A stretch of DNA of 64,000 nucleotides from an uncultured Gemmatimonadaceae bacterium. GTDB taxonomy: Bacteria > Gemmatimonadota > Gemmatimonadetes > Gemmatimonadales > Gemmatimonadaceae. How positions within the stretch are numbered: position 1 is the stretch's first letter; every line of letters begins with the position of its first letter. Below the pieces are notes generated by a model. That model was not told the origin of the DNA. It was given only the letters and a program-made list of their open reading frames with translations, and searched no databases. Shown piece after piece: positions 53,362-63,294 of this stretch. The position numbers and the translations under genes were made by a program. The stretch is taken from positions 928,001 through 992,000 of the forward strand of contig CAVXGK010000002.1 of NCBI GenBank assembly GCA_963761305.1, in the 5' to 3' direction.

Positions 53362-55099
53362 CCCACGTGAGTTGGACGATCGTCGCGCGTCCGTGCACGT
53401 CGTGCGCGGGAAGCGTCGTGTCGCGCAGCGCGACGTACAGGGCGCGCTGCTCGGCGGGCGACAGCGCGTCGCCGGATTTGATCGCCGCCTTGCACGCGAC
53501 GGTCGCCGCCAAGCGCTCGTGCCGCGAATGCTCGCTCGCGCCGCGGTCGCCGGTGATCGAGGCCAGCGTCTCGCGAAGACAGCGCTCGGGGTCGAAGCGC
53601 GGATGCGGCATCGGCACGGCACGCACGATGAGGGTGTGTCCGCCGAAGCCGTCGATCTCGAATCCCAACCCCTCGAACGCGGCGCGATTCTGCTCGAACG
53701 CCTCGGCCTCGGCGGGCCCGAGGTGCAGGGTCATGGGAAACAGCAGACGCTGCGCCGGCTGCTCGCCGCGCTCGAGCGCGCCCATGAACTGCTCGAACAA
53801 CACGCGTTCGTGTGCCGAGTGCTGGTCGATGAGCACGACGCCGTGCTCGTGCTCGAACGCGATGTACGTGCGATGGAGCTGGAAGAGCGGCGGAACGTCG
53901 ACGGTGGACGGCTGGACAGGTGGACTGTCCGGTTGACCGCTGGACTGCTGGGCCGGTGGACCGGACGGCTCCGCGAACAGACCATCAGGCACCGGCGGCG
54001 CCGAGGCGGGAATCGAGTTGAGCTGGCTCGTTTGCGGCGAGCCCAGGTCGAGCGGCGCGTGTGTCGGCCACACGCGCCGGCCGAACGTGGCGCTGGCGTC
54101 GAAGGTGCCGAGCGCGCGTCGCACCGCCGTCTCGATGGCGCGCTCGACGCTCCATCGATCGCGGAAGCGCACTTCGGCTTTGGCCGGATGCACGTTCACG
54201 TCCACGGAGTCCGCGGCAACGACGACGTCGAGAAACAGCGTCGGCCGAACACCCGCGGGAATCGTCGAGCGATAGGCCGTTTCGGCTGCCCGCGCGAGGC
54301 CCGCGTCGCGGACGGCGCGACCGTTCACGGAGAGAAAGACGCGCCGCGTCGCGGTGCCCGCGTCCGACGGCCGCTCGACGAGACCGGCGACGTGCGTCGT
54401 GCCGCTCACGTCGTCGACGTCGAGCAATCGTTCGGCGAACGGTCCGCCGTAAATTGCCGCCAACCGCTCGCGCGGCGTCGCACTCGCGGGCAGCGACAAG
54501 ATCGGGCGTCCGTCGTGCGCGAGCGAGATGCGCACGTCGCGGCGCGTGAGCGCCATCGTGGCGACGACGTCGAGAATGGCGCGCCATTCGGAACGCGCCC
54601 CGCGCAGAAACTTGAGCCGCGCGGGCGCGTTGAAGAACAGTCGCGCGGCGCGAACGGTCGTGCCGCGACGCCGGCTCGTCGCGTCGACGTCGATGACGCG
54701 TCCGGCGGCCGCGCGGACGAGCGTGCCCGCGCCGTCGTCGGGCGCGGTCTCGAGCTCGAGCTCCGACACGGAGCAGATGGCCGCCAAGGCCTCGCCGCGA
54801 AAGCCGAAGCTGCGCACGCCGACGAGATCGCCCGCCGAGCGAATCTTGGACGTCGCGTGACGTTCGAGCGCGAGGACGGCGTCGTCGCGCGACATGCCGG
54901 TGCCGTCGTCGCTCACGCGGATCGACTGCCGGCCGCCGTCCTCGATCGCGACGTCGATCGCGCGCGCGCCGGCGTCCAGCGCGTTCTCGATCAGTTCCTT
55001 GACGACGGACGCCGGCCGTTCGACGACTTCGCCCGCGGCGATTTGATCGGCGACGTCGCTCGGCAGGACGGCGATGCGCGGGGGAAGAGCGACGGTCAC
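53330..55099 (-). CDS. mutL: DNA mismatch repair protein MutL with endonuclease motifs
   Basis: IAAGEVVERPASVVKEL, GFRGEAL, DVNVHPAK, DQHSAHER, ACKAAIK and DVHGR. Confidence 0.97.
   Translation of the reverse strand: MTVALPPRIAVLPSDVADQIAAGEVVERPASVVKELIENALDAGARAIDVAIEDGGRQSIRVSDDGTGMSRDDAVLALERHATSKIRSAGDLVGVRSFGFRGEALAAICSVSELELETAPDDGAGTLVRAAAGRVIDVDATSRRRGTTVRAARLFFNAPARLKFLRGARSEWRAILDVVATMALTRRDVRISLAHDGRPILSLPASATPRERLAAIYGGPFAERLLDVDDVSGTTHVAGLVERPSDAGTATRRVFLSVNGRAVRDAGLARAAETAYRSTIPAGVRPTLFLDVVVAADSVDVNVHPAKAEVRFRDRWSVERAIETAVRRALGTFDASATFGRRVWPTHAPLDLGSPQTSQLNSIPASAPPVPDGLFAEPSGPPAQQSSGQPDSPPVQPSTVDVPPLFQLHRTYIAFEHEHGVVLIDQHSAHERVLFEQFMGALERGEQPAQRLLFPMTLHLGPAEAEAFEQNRAAFEGLGFEIDGFGGHTLIVRAVPMPHPRFDPERCLRETLASITGDRGASEHSRHERLAATVACKAAIKSGDALSPAEQRALYVALRDTTLPAHDVHGRATIVQLTWDEIDRRFGRH
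53900..53971. repeat. Degenerate GACnGnTG octamer array inside the mutL linker
   Basis: gacggtg gacggctg gacaggtg gactgtcc ggtt gaccgctg gactgctg ggccggtg gaccg gacggctc. Confidence 0.75.
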
Positions 55100-55106
55100 G
55101 GCGCCA

Positions 55107-55136
55107 AAGCTACCGGCGCGCCGCGCCGGCGGTCAA
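55107..55136 (-). promoter_or_regulatory. Putative sigma70 promoter of mutL (leaderless spacing)
   Basis: TTGACC-18 bp-TAGCTT, with 7 nt before the GTG start. Confidence 0.5.
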
Positions 55137-55146
55137 TCGCAACCGG

Positions 55147-57549
55147 TCAATTGGCGATCTGCGACGCGTCCCGCGTGTCGAGGGAGATGAGCGCGGCGGA
55201 CTCCACCCAACCGTCGCGCCCGTCGTCGAGCCGCACGCGCGACCACGCGCCTTGGCGGCCGATCTCTCGCACCACTTCGCCGACGATGGCGGTCGGACCG
55301 CGTTCTCCGCCGATCTCTGGGTCGGAGGTCAGCGACGCGGTGCGGCGCAGCACGTCGAGGTGGCGACCCGCATCGCGTTCGCGCAGCTCGAATCCGGCCA
55401 GCACCACGATGCCGGCAGTGACGGCGAGCCACGCGAGTCGCGTGCGACGGACGATGGCACCGCGCCGTGCCCGCAGCGCCGCCCAGCTCCACGTCGCCAA
55501 CCAGAGCAGCGCCGCGACGAGGAAGATCCACTCGACCGGCACCGGAGCGACGAAGCCGCTCGACGTCCACGGCAACGAGTGAATCAGCTCGACGCGATCC
55601 CGCACGTCGGGGGCGAGCGGCTCGAGGCGCAGCGCGTGCTGCCACGCGGCGACGCTCCGAGCGGTGTCCGCCACGGCCCACGCCGCGGTGCCGAGGTTGG
55701 CCCACGCGTCGGGCGCGCGCGGTTCAGCGGCGACGGACTCGAGGAACGATTCGCGCGCCGCGACGAACTCGTGCCGCTGGTATGCCTCCACGCCGGCGTC
55801 GAACGCGCGCTGCGGATCGGTGTGCTTGGTGAGCGCGTGCGCTGCCGCCGCGCCGAGCGCCGCCATGAAGATCACACCGAGCACGCGCGTGACGATCTGC
55901 GCCCGCGGCAGCGACTCGTCGTCGACGGCACGGTACAGTCGCTCGGCACGCTCCGCGGCGTCGGAGGGCAGCGCGCCGCCGGACGCGAACGCCGCCTCGT
56001 CGAGCTCGCGCAAAAAGCGCTCGGCTTGCGTCGCGATGCCGGTGGAGACACCGCGCCGACGGAGCACGCGCGCCAACCCTCCGGCGCGGGTAAAGCTCTC
56101 CGGCTGAAGCGAGAGACGCTCGGAGAGCGCCGCGGCGTACGCGCGGCGCACGCTGGATGCGTCGCGCGTCTGCGCCGCCGCGCGAACGATCGCGCCGAGG
56201 CGCCGCGATGGCTCGTGCGCCCGCTCGGAGGGTCTGCGCTTCACGCTGCGTCGCCGCATCGTGATCGCCGGCAGCGGGGCGAGCGCGAGCAGCGCCCAGA
56301 ATGCGGGATACTCGTGAAGCGGCGTGCGCGGCGCTCCGCGATATCGCGGGCGGAGCGGGAGTAGCGTTTCCGTTCGCGCCGTGTCAGCCGAGGCGAGCGA
56401 TCCCGGCCCCACGTGCACGCGTGTGCTTCCCGTGGACGCGACCTCGTAACGGCGCGTGTCGGGGTTGAAATAGCCGTAGCGAATCGGCGGCACGTCCAGC
56501 TCGCCGGCGACTTTCGGCGTGAGCAGCCAATCGAATTCCTTCGAGCCGGCGATGTGACGAGCGCTGGTGTCGACCCGGACCCGCTCGTCGCCCTTCACGA
56601 GCGTCGCCCAGGGAACGCCAACCGCGGGCCGCGGGAAGAGCTTCACGTTCCCGGTGCCGATCACGCGCACCGTGAGCACCATCGGATCGCCGACGCGCGA
56701 CGCCGACGTGTCGAGGCGCGTCGCAACGCGGACGTTGCCGATGGCGCCGCCGAATTCGGCCGGGCGTCCCGCCGACGGCGGTTCCACGGCGATGAGGATC
56801 GTGCTGTCGGTCTCCAGCTCGTGCGTCTCTTCGCGGCTGAAGAAGCTCGCCGAGAGCGGCAACGAGTAGACGAGCTGCGCCGGCGGAATCGCGAAACGGC
56901 CGGGCATCAATGGAAAGAGCGCCCGCTGATACACGAGCGCGTCGAAGCAATGCGAGCCGCCCTCGCGCCTCGGGGGATTGGCGCGCGCCGGAAGATCGTA
57001 GGCGAGCATCGACTGCATGTCCGGCGGAAAGAACGTCGGATTTCTGCGCAGCCGATCGCGCACCGCCGCGTTCAGGAAGACGGCGACTTCGTAATTCGCC
57101 TGTTGGCCGACGTACACCGTCTCCGGCAGCGCGAGCGCGCGGAAATCGACGGAGAGGCTGGTGTCGATACGCGCCCGCGCGACCACCGCCGGCACCTGCG
57201 TGCGCCCGGCCGAGTGCACCGCGACCTGCACGGCCCGCGAACGGATCACCTGATTCCCGATGCGCGCCTCGAACGGCGCGAGCGTGTACGTGCCGGTGTG
57301 GTCGGTCGTGAGCACGTATCGATATTCCGCCGTCACCGACCCGTCGCCGCGATGGTCGTACGACAGATGCGGCACCGGCGACGACCGAAGAATGTCGAAC
57401 GGATAGAACGACGGCGGGATCACCCGCGGCGCCACGGATCCCCTGGCGCTCACCGCCACGCTCACCTCGAACGCCTCGCACGCCGACGCGGAGTCGGGCC
57501 CGTGCGCGACGATCGCGAGCTGCGCGATGACGGCGAGCGCGGCGATCAC
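55147..57549 (-). CDS. BatD-family protein fused to a BatE-like TPR + SH3b module
   Basis: Ig-like BatD repeats (VYVGQQ, FGGAIG, YFNPDTRRY), TM, TPR (AWANLG), TMs and C-terminal WSRVRLDDGRDGWVE. GTG start overlaps the upstream stop. Confidence 0.8.
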   Translation of the reverse strand: MIAALAVIAQLAIVAHGPDSASACEAFEVSVAVSARGSVAPRVIPPSFYPFDILRSSPVPHLSYDHRGDGSVTAEYRYVLTTDHTGTYTLAPFEARIGNQVIRSRAVQVAVHSAGRTQVPAVVARARIDTSLSVDFRALALPETVYVGQQANYEVAVFLNAAVRDRLRRNPTFFPPDMQSMLAYDLPARANPPRREGGSHCFDALVYQRALFPLMPGRFAIPPAQLVYSLPLSASFFSREETHELETDSTILIAVEPPSAGRPAEFGGAIGNVRVATRLDTSASRVGDPMVLTVRVIGTGNVKLFPRPAVGVPWATLVKGDERVRVDTSARHIAGSKEFDWLLTPKVAGELDVPPIRYGYFNPDTRRYEVASTGSTRVHVGPGSLASADTARTETLLPLRPRYRGAPRTPLHEYPAFWALLALAPLPAITMRRRSVKRRPSERAHEPSRRLGAIVRAAAQTRDASSVRRAYAAALSERLSLQPESFTRAGGLARVLRRRGVSTGIATQAERFLRELDEAAFASGGALPSDAAERAERLYRAVDDESLPRAQIVTRVLGVIFMAALGAAAAHALTKHTDPQRAFDAGVEAYQRHEFVAARESFLESVAAEPRAPDAWANLGTAAWAVADTARSVAAWQHALRLEPLAPDVRDRVELIHSLPWTSSGFVAPVPVEWIFLVAALLWLATWSWAALRARRGAIVRRTRLAWLAVTAGIVVLAGFELRERDAGRHLDVLRRTASLTSDPEIGGERGPTAIVGEVVREIGRQGAWSRVRLDDGRDGWVESAALISLDTRDASQIAN

Positions 57550-59228
57550 CAGTCCTTTCCTCCAGGCGGCGGCTCGGGGCGGTTCGCCTTCTGGCGCTTG
57601 GACTGCGTGTCGCGCTCTTCGCGTGCCGCGCTGCCGAGGAGTTGCTCGGCTTGCTCCTGCCCGAGACCGCCCTGCGGTTGCGGCGCGTGCTGCTGCGGCG
57701 GCGTGCTCGACCCGCCGCCGCCTCCTCCGCCACCGCCGCCGCCACCTTTCTGCTTCTGTCGGAGCGCGAGCTCGTAGTTCCACTTGGCGTCCATGTCGTT
57801 CGGACGCATGAGCAACGCTTTCTTATAGACTGCCAAAGTGGAATCGAGCTCGCCGTTCTGCTCGCCGGGCGGCGACGCGAGGCCCGGCTTGAGGTGCGCC
57901 AAACCGAGATTGAACAGCGTACGGAAGCGCAACTCGTCGCGCTTGATGTCGGTGAGCGACCGGAGCGCATCGACCGCCGACGCGTTCGAGTCAGCCGCCA
58001 CGAGCGACGTGCCGAAGTTGTAGAGCGCCTCGGCCGACTTGTCGCCGCTGGCGATGGCGTCGCGGTAGAGCGACGCCGCGCGCGGGAACTGGCCGTGGTG
58101 AAACGCGTCGGCCGCCTGCTGGGAGCGCGTGAGGCGCGCGCAGCCGTTGAGCGAGACGGTCAGCAGCAGCCCTGCCGCGGCGGCCGTTTGCGCGGCCGAG
58201 CGCGGCGCGCGATGCCCGCGCCGTTCGGTCAGCAGCGTATCCAGCAACAGCAACAGCAGCGCCGGGAAAAGGAACCACTGGTAGCGAGGGGTCTTCGTCT
58301 CACCGCCCAGGCTCGAGCGCGCCTGGGTGCGCAACGTGGCGAGCGCGGACTTCACCCGGGCCGCCTTGTCGGTGGCGTCGGCCGGAATGAACGTCCCGCG
58401 CGCCGCGTCGGCGGCGCCTTTCAAGAACTCTGGATGGTAGTTGGTGATCACCGTGCTGCCGTTTTCATCTTTCTTGGTGGTCGTCGATCCATCAGGATTC
58501 TTGATCGGGATCGTCGTGCCTTCGGTCGTGCCGAACCCCACCGTCACCATGCTGATGTTCTGCTGGGCGGCGCGCTTCGATTCCGTCTCGACGTCCTCGA
58601 GCGGTTCGAACGCCTCCCCGTCGCTCATGACGACCAGTGCGCGATCTGCGCCACTGTTCGTCGCGCCGAGCAGGTCGACGCCCTGGTGGATGGTGCGCGC
58701 CAACGACGTGCCGGCCTGGCCGACCACGCTTGGATCGAGATTGTCGAGGAAGAGGTCGAGCGCGCCTTCATCGATGGTGAGCGGCGAGAGCACATAGCTT
58801 CGTCCGGCAAACGCGATGACGCCCATGCGGTCGCCCGGCGACAGCGCGCGCAGCCGACGCACCTCTTCCTTCATTCGCTCGAGGCGGCTGGGCCGCTCGT
58901 CCTGCGCGAGCATCGACAGCGACGCGTCGAGCGCGAGCACCATGTCGATGCCGCGCGAGCGCACCACGGTTCGTTCGTCGCCCCAGCGCGGCCCCGCGAC
59001 GGCGATCCCGACGAGCGAGCCGGCGACGCCGAGACGCACCATGCGCCAGCCCGGCTTCACGAGCGTCCGCGGCGGGATGATCCGCGAGATCACGTCCATC
59101 GTGCCGAGGCGATTGAGTCGCGCCTTCCGCTGCTTGTACGCGCGTCGTAGCACGAGCACGGCGAGCACCGGCAGCACGACGGCGAGCGCCAACAGGTACG
59201 GATAGTCGAACGTCATGTCGGGCGTCAC
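57546..59228 (-). CDS. VWA + TPR protein (BatB-BatC fusion)
   Basis: MIDAS DASLSM, SDGE, and TPRs (ALYNFG, YKKALLMRPNDMDAKWNYELAL) ending in KDW. Confidence 0.85.
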   Translation of the reverse strand: MTPDMTFDYPYLLALAVVLPVLAVLVLRRAYKQRKARLNRLGTMDVISRIIPPRTLVKPGWRMVRLGVAGSLVGIAVAGPRWGDERTVVRSRGIDMVLALDASLSMLAQDERPSRLERMKEEVRRLRALSPGDRMGVIAFAGRSYVLSPLTIDEGALDLFLDNLDPSVVGQAGTSLARTIHQGVDLLGATNSGADRALVVMSDGEAFEPLEDVETESKRAAQQNISMVTVGFGTTEGTTIPIKNPDGSTTTKKDENGSTVITNYHPEFLKGAADAARGTFIPADATDKAARVKSALATLRTQARSSLGGETKTPRYQWFLFPALLLLLLDTLLTERRGHRAPRSAAQTAAAAGLLLTVSLNGCARLTRSQQAADAFHHGQFPRAASLYRDAIASGDKSAEALYNFGTSLVAADSNASAVDALRSLTDIKRDELRFRTLFNLGLAHLKPGLASPPGEQNGELDSTLAVYKKALLMRPNDMDAKWNYELALRQKQKGGGGGGGGGGGGSSTPPQQHAPQPQGGLGQEQAEQLLGSAAREERDTQSKRQKANRPEPPPGGKDW

Positions 59229-60217
59229 GGGAGCGGGCCCCGACGCGCGGCGAGCATCAACTCGCCGAACAGGATCAGCGTGGCGAAGTACAGCGGCCAG
59301 CGGAAGAGCTCCGTGTAGCGCACGTACGAGCGCGTCCGTACCGGCTCGCGCTCGAGCTGGTCGATCTCCTGATAGATGCGCTGCAACGCCGCGGCGTCGC
59401 GCGCGCGGAAGTAGCGGCCGCCGGTCGTCTTGGCGATGTCGGCGAGCAGCGGCTCGTCGATGCGCACCAGACGATTCTCATACCGAAGTCCAAATAGCCC
59501 GCGTCCCACCGGAACCGGCGCCATGCCCTCGGTACCGACGCCGATCGTGTAGATCTTGATGCCGAAGACGGCAGCGGCCTTCGCCGCCGTGCGCGGGTCG
59601 ATCGCGCCGCGGTTGTTCTCGCCGTCGGTGAGGAGAATCATCACGCGCGACTGACCCGGCGCGTCGCGCAGCCGGTTGGCCGCGGTCGCGATCGCCGTGC
59701 CGATCGCCGTGCCGTCCTCGAGTTGCCCGGCGGAGAGGTTGTCCACCGCCAGGTTCACCACCGGATAGTCGGTCGTGAGCGGAACCTGCGTCAGCGCCTC
59801 GGACGCGAAGGCCACGACGCCGATTCGATCGCTCGTGCGCGACGCGATGAACCGCTTCACCACGTCCTTCGCGACCTCGAGCCGGTTGTTCGGCGTGAAA
59901 TCCTGCGCCAGCATCGAGCTCGAGAGGTCGATGCACAGGACGATGTTGATGCCCTCGCTCGTGACGTTCTCCGAGTGCGACCCGGTTCGCGGCCGCGACA
60001 GCGCGACGATCGTCGACGCGAGAAGGAGATTTCGAAGCACGAAGAGGATCAGCGTCGTGCGGCGGCCGGCCCGTGGTCCCTGCGCCAGCACGCCGACGCG
60101 CGAGAACACGATCGCCGGCGGTTTTCGGCGCCGCCGCATGATCCACCAGATGGGCAGCAACAGCAGGAACGCCAGCACCCATGGCGTCGCGAACTGAATT
60201 CGGCCGAAGGCAATCAT
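59225..60217 (-). CDS. batA: VWA-domain protein BatA
   Basis: DLSSSMLAQDF, PLTTD, GTAIG, LLTDGENNRG and TGGRYFRA. Confidence 0.88.
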   Translation of the reverse strand: MIAFGRIQFATPWVLAFLLLLPIWWIMRRRRKPPAIVFSRVGVLAQGPRAGRRTTLILFVLRNLLLASTIVALSRPRTGSHSENVTSEGINIVLCIDLSSSMLAQDFTPNNRLEVAKDVVKRFIASRTSDRIGVVAFASEALTQVPLTTDYPVVNLAVDNLSAGQLEDGTAIGTAIATAANRLRDAPGQSRVMILLTDGENNRGAIDPRTAAKAAAVFGIKIYTIGVGTEGMAPVPVGRGLFGLRYENRLVRIDEPLLADIAKTTGGRYFRARDAAALQRIYQEIDQLEREPVRTRSYVRYTELFRWPLYFATLILFGELMLAARRGPLP

Positions 60218-61236
60218 GCGGCCTCCGCCGGCGAGGTAGGTGGCGGCGTGGGCTGTCTCGGCGACGGTGAGACGGGCGTCGCCGCCGGCTCGGCCGGTAT
60301 CGCCGCGTGCTCGACCGTGACGATGGCCCGTGCCTCACGTCCGAGATCCCGCGCCCGATCGGTGCTCACCGCGCGCCGCGCGAACTTGATCAGGTCGGCG
60401 TCGGTGAGGACGCGCGACAGTCGCGGCTCCGGGACGGTCGGGATTTCGCGCGCCGTTCGCTGCAATTCTGTGGACGTCAGCGACAAGGCGGCGCGCGTGT
60501 GCCGCGCGGCGAGATAGTCGCGCAGCACCTCGACCACCAGCGTCACGTAGCGCCCGCGCTCGCCCGCTTCCAGCAACGCCAGCCTTTCGATGCGCTCGAA
60601 CTCGGACTCGGCCTGCTGGAATGGGTCGATGACCGCGATCGGTTGCTCTTCGCGCCGGCGTCGGCGACTCCACCACCACCACATGATGAGTCCGACGGCG
60701 ATGGCGGCCAGCAACGCCCAGAGCCACCACGGGAACGGATTCACCTCGAACAAGTCCCGCGGCGGTTTGGGAACTCGCTTCGCGCTGTCAGCGGGCAGCA
60801 CGGACTTCACGAAGATCGCCGCGCCGGTGACCGGAACGCGCCGCGTCGCGCCGCCGAACTTCACGATGATGTCGTCGAGGCGAATCGCCTGCTTCCCGAC
60901 GTCCCACGCCGCCACACGATACTCGGCGTACTGCTCCACGGCCGAGGTGTCGGCGCTCGTGTGCACGTTCACCGGATCCAGCGATTGGACCGCGCCGGTC
61001 GAATCGAGCTCGCGCGGAAAATCGATCGTCGCGCCCAGCGGCGCCCGAATGCCGATCGTGACGCGGAACGGATCGCCGATTTTCACGCTGTCCGAGGCGA
61101 CGCGAACCGCGATCTTGACGTCGAACGCGTTTCGAACGGTTGGTGCTTTTTGTGCGGCCGCGGCGCCCGCCACGAGCGCGAGCGATGCCGCAGCCAGCAA
61201 CAGAAGGCGCGATCGCGCTCCGAGACGGCGCGTCAT
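60214..61236 (-). CDS. Membrane protein of MoxR/Bat operons (Ig-like, TM, cytoplasmic domain)
   Basis: Signal peptide, VKIGDPF, Trp-rich TM, LRDYL...LTSTEL and DLIKFA. Usual position between DUF58 and batA. Confidence 0.75.
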   Translation of the reverse strand: MTRRLGARSRLLLLAAASLALVAGAAAAQKAPTVRNAFDVKIAVRVASDSVKIGDPFRVTIGIRAPLGATIDFPRELDSTGAVQSLDPVNVHTSADTSAVEQYAEYRVAAWDVGKQAIRLDDIIVKFGGATRRVPVTGAAIFVKSVLPADSAKRVPKPPRDLFEVNPFPWWLWALLAAIAVGLIMWWWWSRRRRREEQPIAVIDPFQQAESEFERIERLALLEAGERGRYVTLVVEVLRDYLAARHTRAALSLTSTELQRTAREIPTVPEPRLSRVLTDADLIKFARRAVSTDRARDLGREARAIVTVEHAAIPAEPAATPVSPSPRQPTPPPTSPAEAA

Positions 61237-62219
61237 CGCTGCACCCTCGTCTCGCGCGAGCGGAAGAATCGGAGCAGCGGCTCCATGATGCCGCGGTCCG
61301 TCCGCACCGCGATCTCGTCGATCGCCAGCCGTCGCAGCAAATGCTTCCGCCGATCGCTCTCTTCGGCGACGGCCGTGTTGTACCGATGCCGCACGCCGGG
61401 GTTGCTGGTGTCCACGTCGAGCGTGACTCCCGTCTCCGGGTCGACGAATCGCGCCAGCCCGACGTCCGGAAGCGTCCGCTCGCTCGGATCCTCGACCGTC
61501 ACCGCGACGACGTCGTGCCGCTGCGCGAGCAGCTTGAGCGGTCGCTCGATCGCTTCGCCGAGGAAATCGGAGACGAGAAAGATGATCGCCTTGTGCGAGA
61601 GCATCTTGTTGAGGTACTCCGTAGCGCCGGCGATGTCGGTGCCGCGCCCCTGTGGCTCGAACGCGAGAACGTCGCGGATGAGATGCAGCGCATGGCGGCG
61701 GCCCTTTTTCGGCGGCACGACGTGCTCGATGCGATCGGTGAACATCAGTCCGCCGACGCGATCGTTGTTGCGGATCGCCGACATCGTGAGCACCGCGGCC
61801 AGCTCGGACGCGACTTCACTCTTGAATCGCCGCCGCGTGCCGAACCGCTCGGAGCCCGAGACGTCGACCGCGAGCATCACCGTCAGCTCGCGCTCTTCGA
61901 TGTACCGCTTGACGTACGGCCGCTGCATGCGCGCCGTGACGTTCCAATCGATGCTGCGCACTTCGTCGCCGGCCTGATACTCGCGCACCTCGGAGAACTC
62001 CATGCCCTGCCCTTTGAACACCGACCGGTACTCGCCGGTGAACAAAGAATTCACAAGGCCGCGCGTGCGCAGCTCGAGCAGTTTGACCTGCCGCAACACG
62101 TCGGGCGGCACCGCGGGCGACGCGGTGCCCGACGTCGTCGCGACGGCGAAGGCGCCCGTTCGCCGCGGCGGCGGCGCGGGGGTCGGTTTCGGGGACCGCC
62201 GGAAAAGCGAGAACGCCAC
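61233..62219 (-). CDS. DUF58 (VWA-like) protein
   Basis: GEYRSVFKGQGMEFSEVREYQAGD, IDWNVTAR, EEREL and VSDF. Confidence 0.92.
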   Translation of the reverse strand: MAFSLFRRSPKPTPAPPPRRTGAFAVATTSGTASPAVPPDVLRQVKLLELRTRGLVNSLFTGEYRSVFKGQGMEFSEVREYQAGDEVRSIDWNVTARMQRPYVKRYIEERELTVMLAVDVSGSERFGTRRRFKSEVASELAAVLTMSAIRNNDRVGGLMFTDRIEHVVPPKKGRRHALHLIRDVLAFEPQGRGTDIAGATEYLNKMLSHKAIIFLVSDFLGEAIERPLKLLAQRHDVVAVTVEDPSERTLPDVGLARFVDPETGVTLDVDTSNPGVRHRYNTAVAEESDRRKHLLRRLAIDEIAVRTDRGIMEPLLRFFRSRETRVQR

Positions 62220-62264
62220 GTCAGGACTCGGGGTACGGCCTCGCGGTCCCTTGCATGCCGCGCA

Positions 62265-63242
62265 TCACGGGCTCTCGATCTTGGCGAAGACGCGCTGCAC
62301 GATCTGGTCGCTGGTCACGTCCTCCGCCTCGGCTTCATACGTCGTGAGCACGCGATGGCGGAGCACGTCGGGAGCGATCGCCTTCACGTCGTCGGGCGTC
62401 ACGAACGCGCGACCGCGCAGGAACGCGTGCGCCCGCGACGCTTGCGCCAGCGCGATCGTCGCGCGCGGGCTGGCGCCGAACTCGATCAGCGGCACGAGGT
62501 CCGGGAGTCCCGCCGCCGCCGGCTCGCGCGTGGCGAGCACGATGTCGACGATGTAGTCCACGATGCGGTCGTCCATGTACAACTCGGTGATGCGCCGCCG
62601 GGCGTCGAGGATCTGGTCCGGCTGCGCGACAGCGTCGACCTCGATCGGCTCGCCGCTCGACATGCGCCGCATGATCTCCTTCTCTTCGTCGCGCGTCGGA
62701 TAGCCGACGCGCAACTTGAGCATGAAGCGGTCGACCTGCGCTTCGGGCAGCGGGTACGTGCCCTCCTGCTCGATCGGGTTCTGCGTCGCCAGCACGAGGA
62801 ACGGCTCCTCGAGCTTGAACGTCGTGCCGCCGATCGTCACCTGCTTCTCCTGCATCGCCTCGAGCAGCGCCGCCTGCACCTTGGCCGGCGCGCGGTTGAT
62901 TTCGTCGGCGAGGATGATGTTGGCGAAGATCGGCCCGCGCTTCACCGAGAACTGACCGGTCGACTGATCGTACACCTGCGTGCCGACCACGTCGGCCGGG
63001 AGCAGGTCGGGCGTGAACTGAATGCGGTGGAAGGTCGTGTCGATCGTCTCGGCGAGCGTCCGAACCGTCAGCGTCTTCGCCAGGCCCGGCACGCCTTCGA
63101 GCAGCACGTGGCCGCCGGTGAGGATGCTGATCAGCAGCCGGTCGACCATATAGTCCTGGCCGACGACACGTTTGGCGACTTGACGCGCGACTTCCTGAAC
63201 GAGCTTGGAATCCGCCGCGTTGGAAACCTGAGTTGTGGCCAC
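62265..63242 (-). CDS. MoxR-family AAA+ ATPase
   Basis: GVPGLAKT, RIQFTPDLLP, DEINRAPAK and ATQNPIEQEGTYPLPEAQ. Start is 63242 or 63287. Confidence 0.95.
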   Translation of the reverse strand: MATTQVSNAADSKLVQEVARQVAKRVVGQDYMVDRLLISILTGGHVLLEGVPGLAKTLTVRTLAETIDTTFHRIQFTPDLLPADVVGTQVYDQSTGQFSVKRGPIFANIILADEINRAPAKVQAALLEAMQEKQVTIGGTTFKLEEPFLVLATQNPIEQEGTYPLPEAQVDRFMLKLRVGYPTRDEEKEIMRRMSSGEPIEVDAVAQPDQILDARRRITELYMDDRIVDYIVDIVLATREPAAAGLPDLVPLIEFGASPRATIALAQASRAHAFLRGRAFVTPDDVKAIAPDVLRHRVLTTYEAEAEDVTSDQIVQRVFAKIESP

Positions 63243-63294
63243 GTTCGATGAGGTTCGAGGTTGCGAGTGGCCGGGGACTCCGGTCACCGATGCA

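Noticed and set aside
57712..57747. Poly-Gly run in the BatB-C protein (a similar one is in IF-2)
   Set aside because: Mixed codons encode an ordinary low-complexity linker, not a phase-variable tract.
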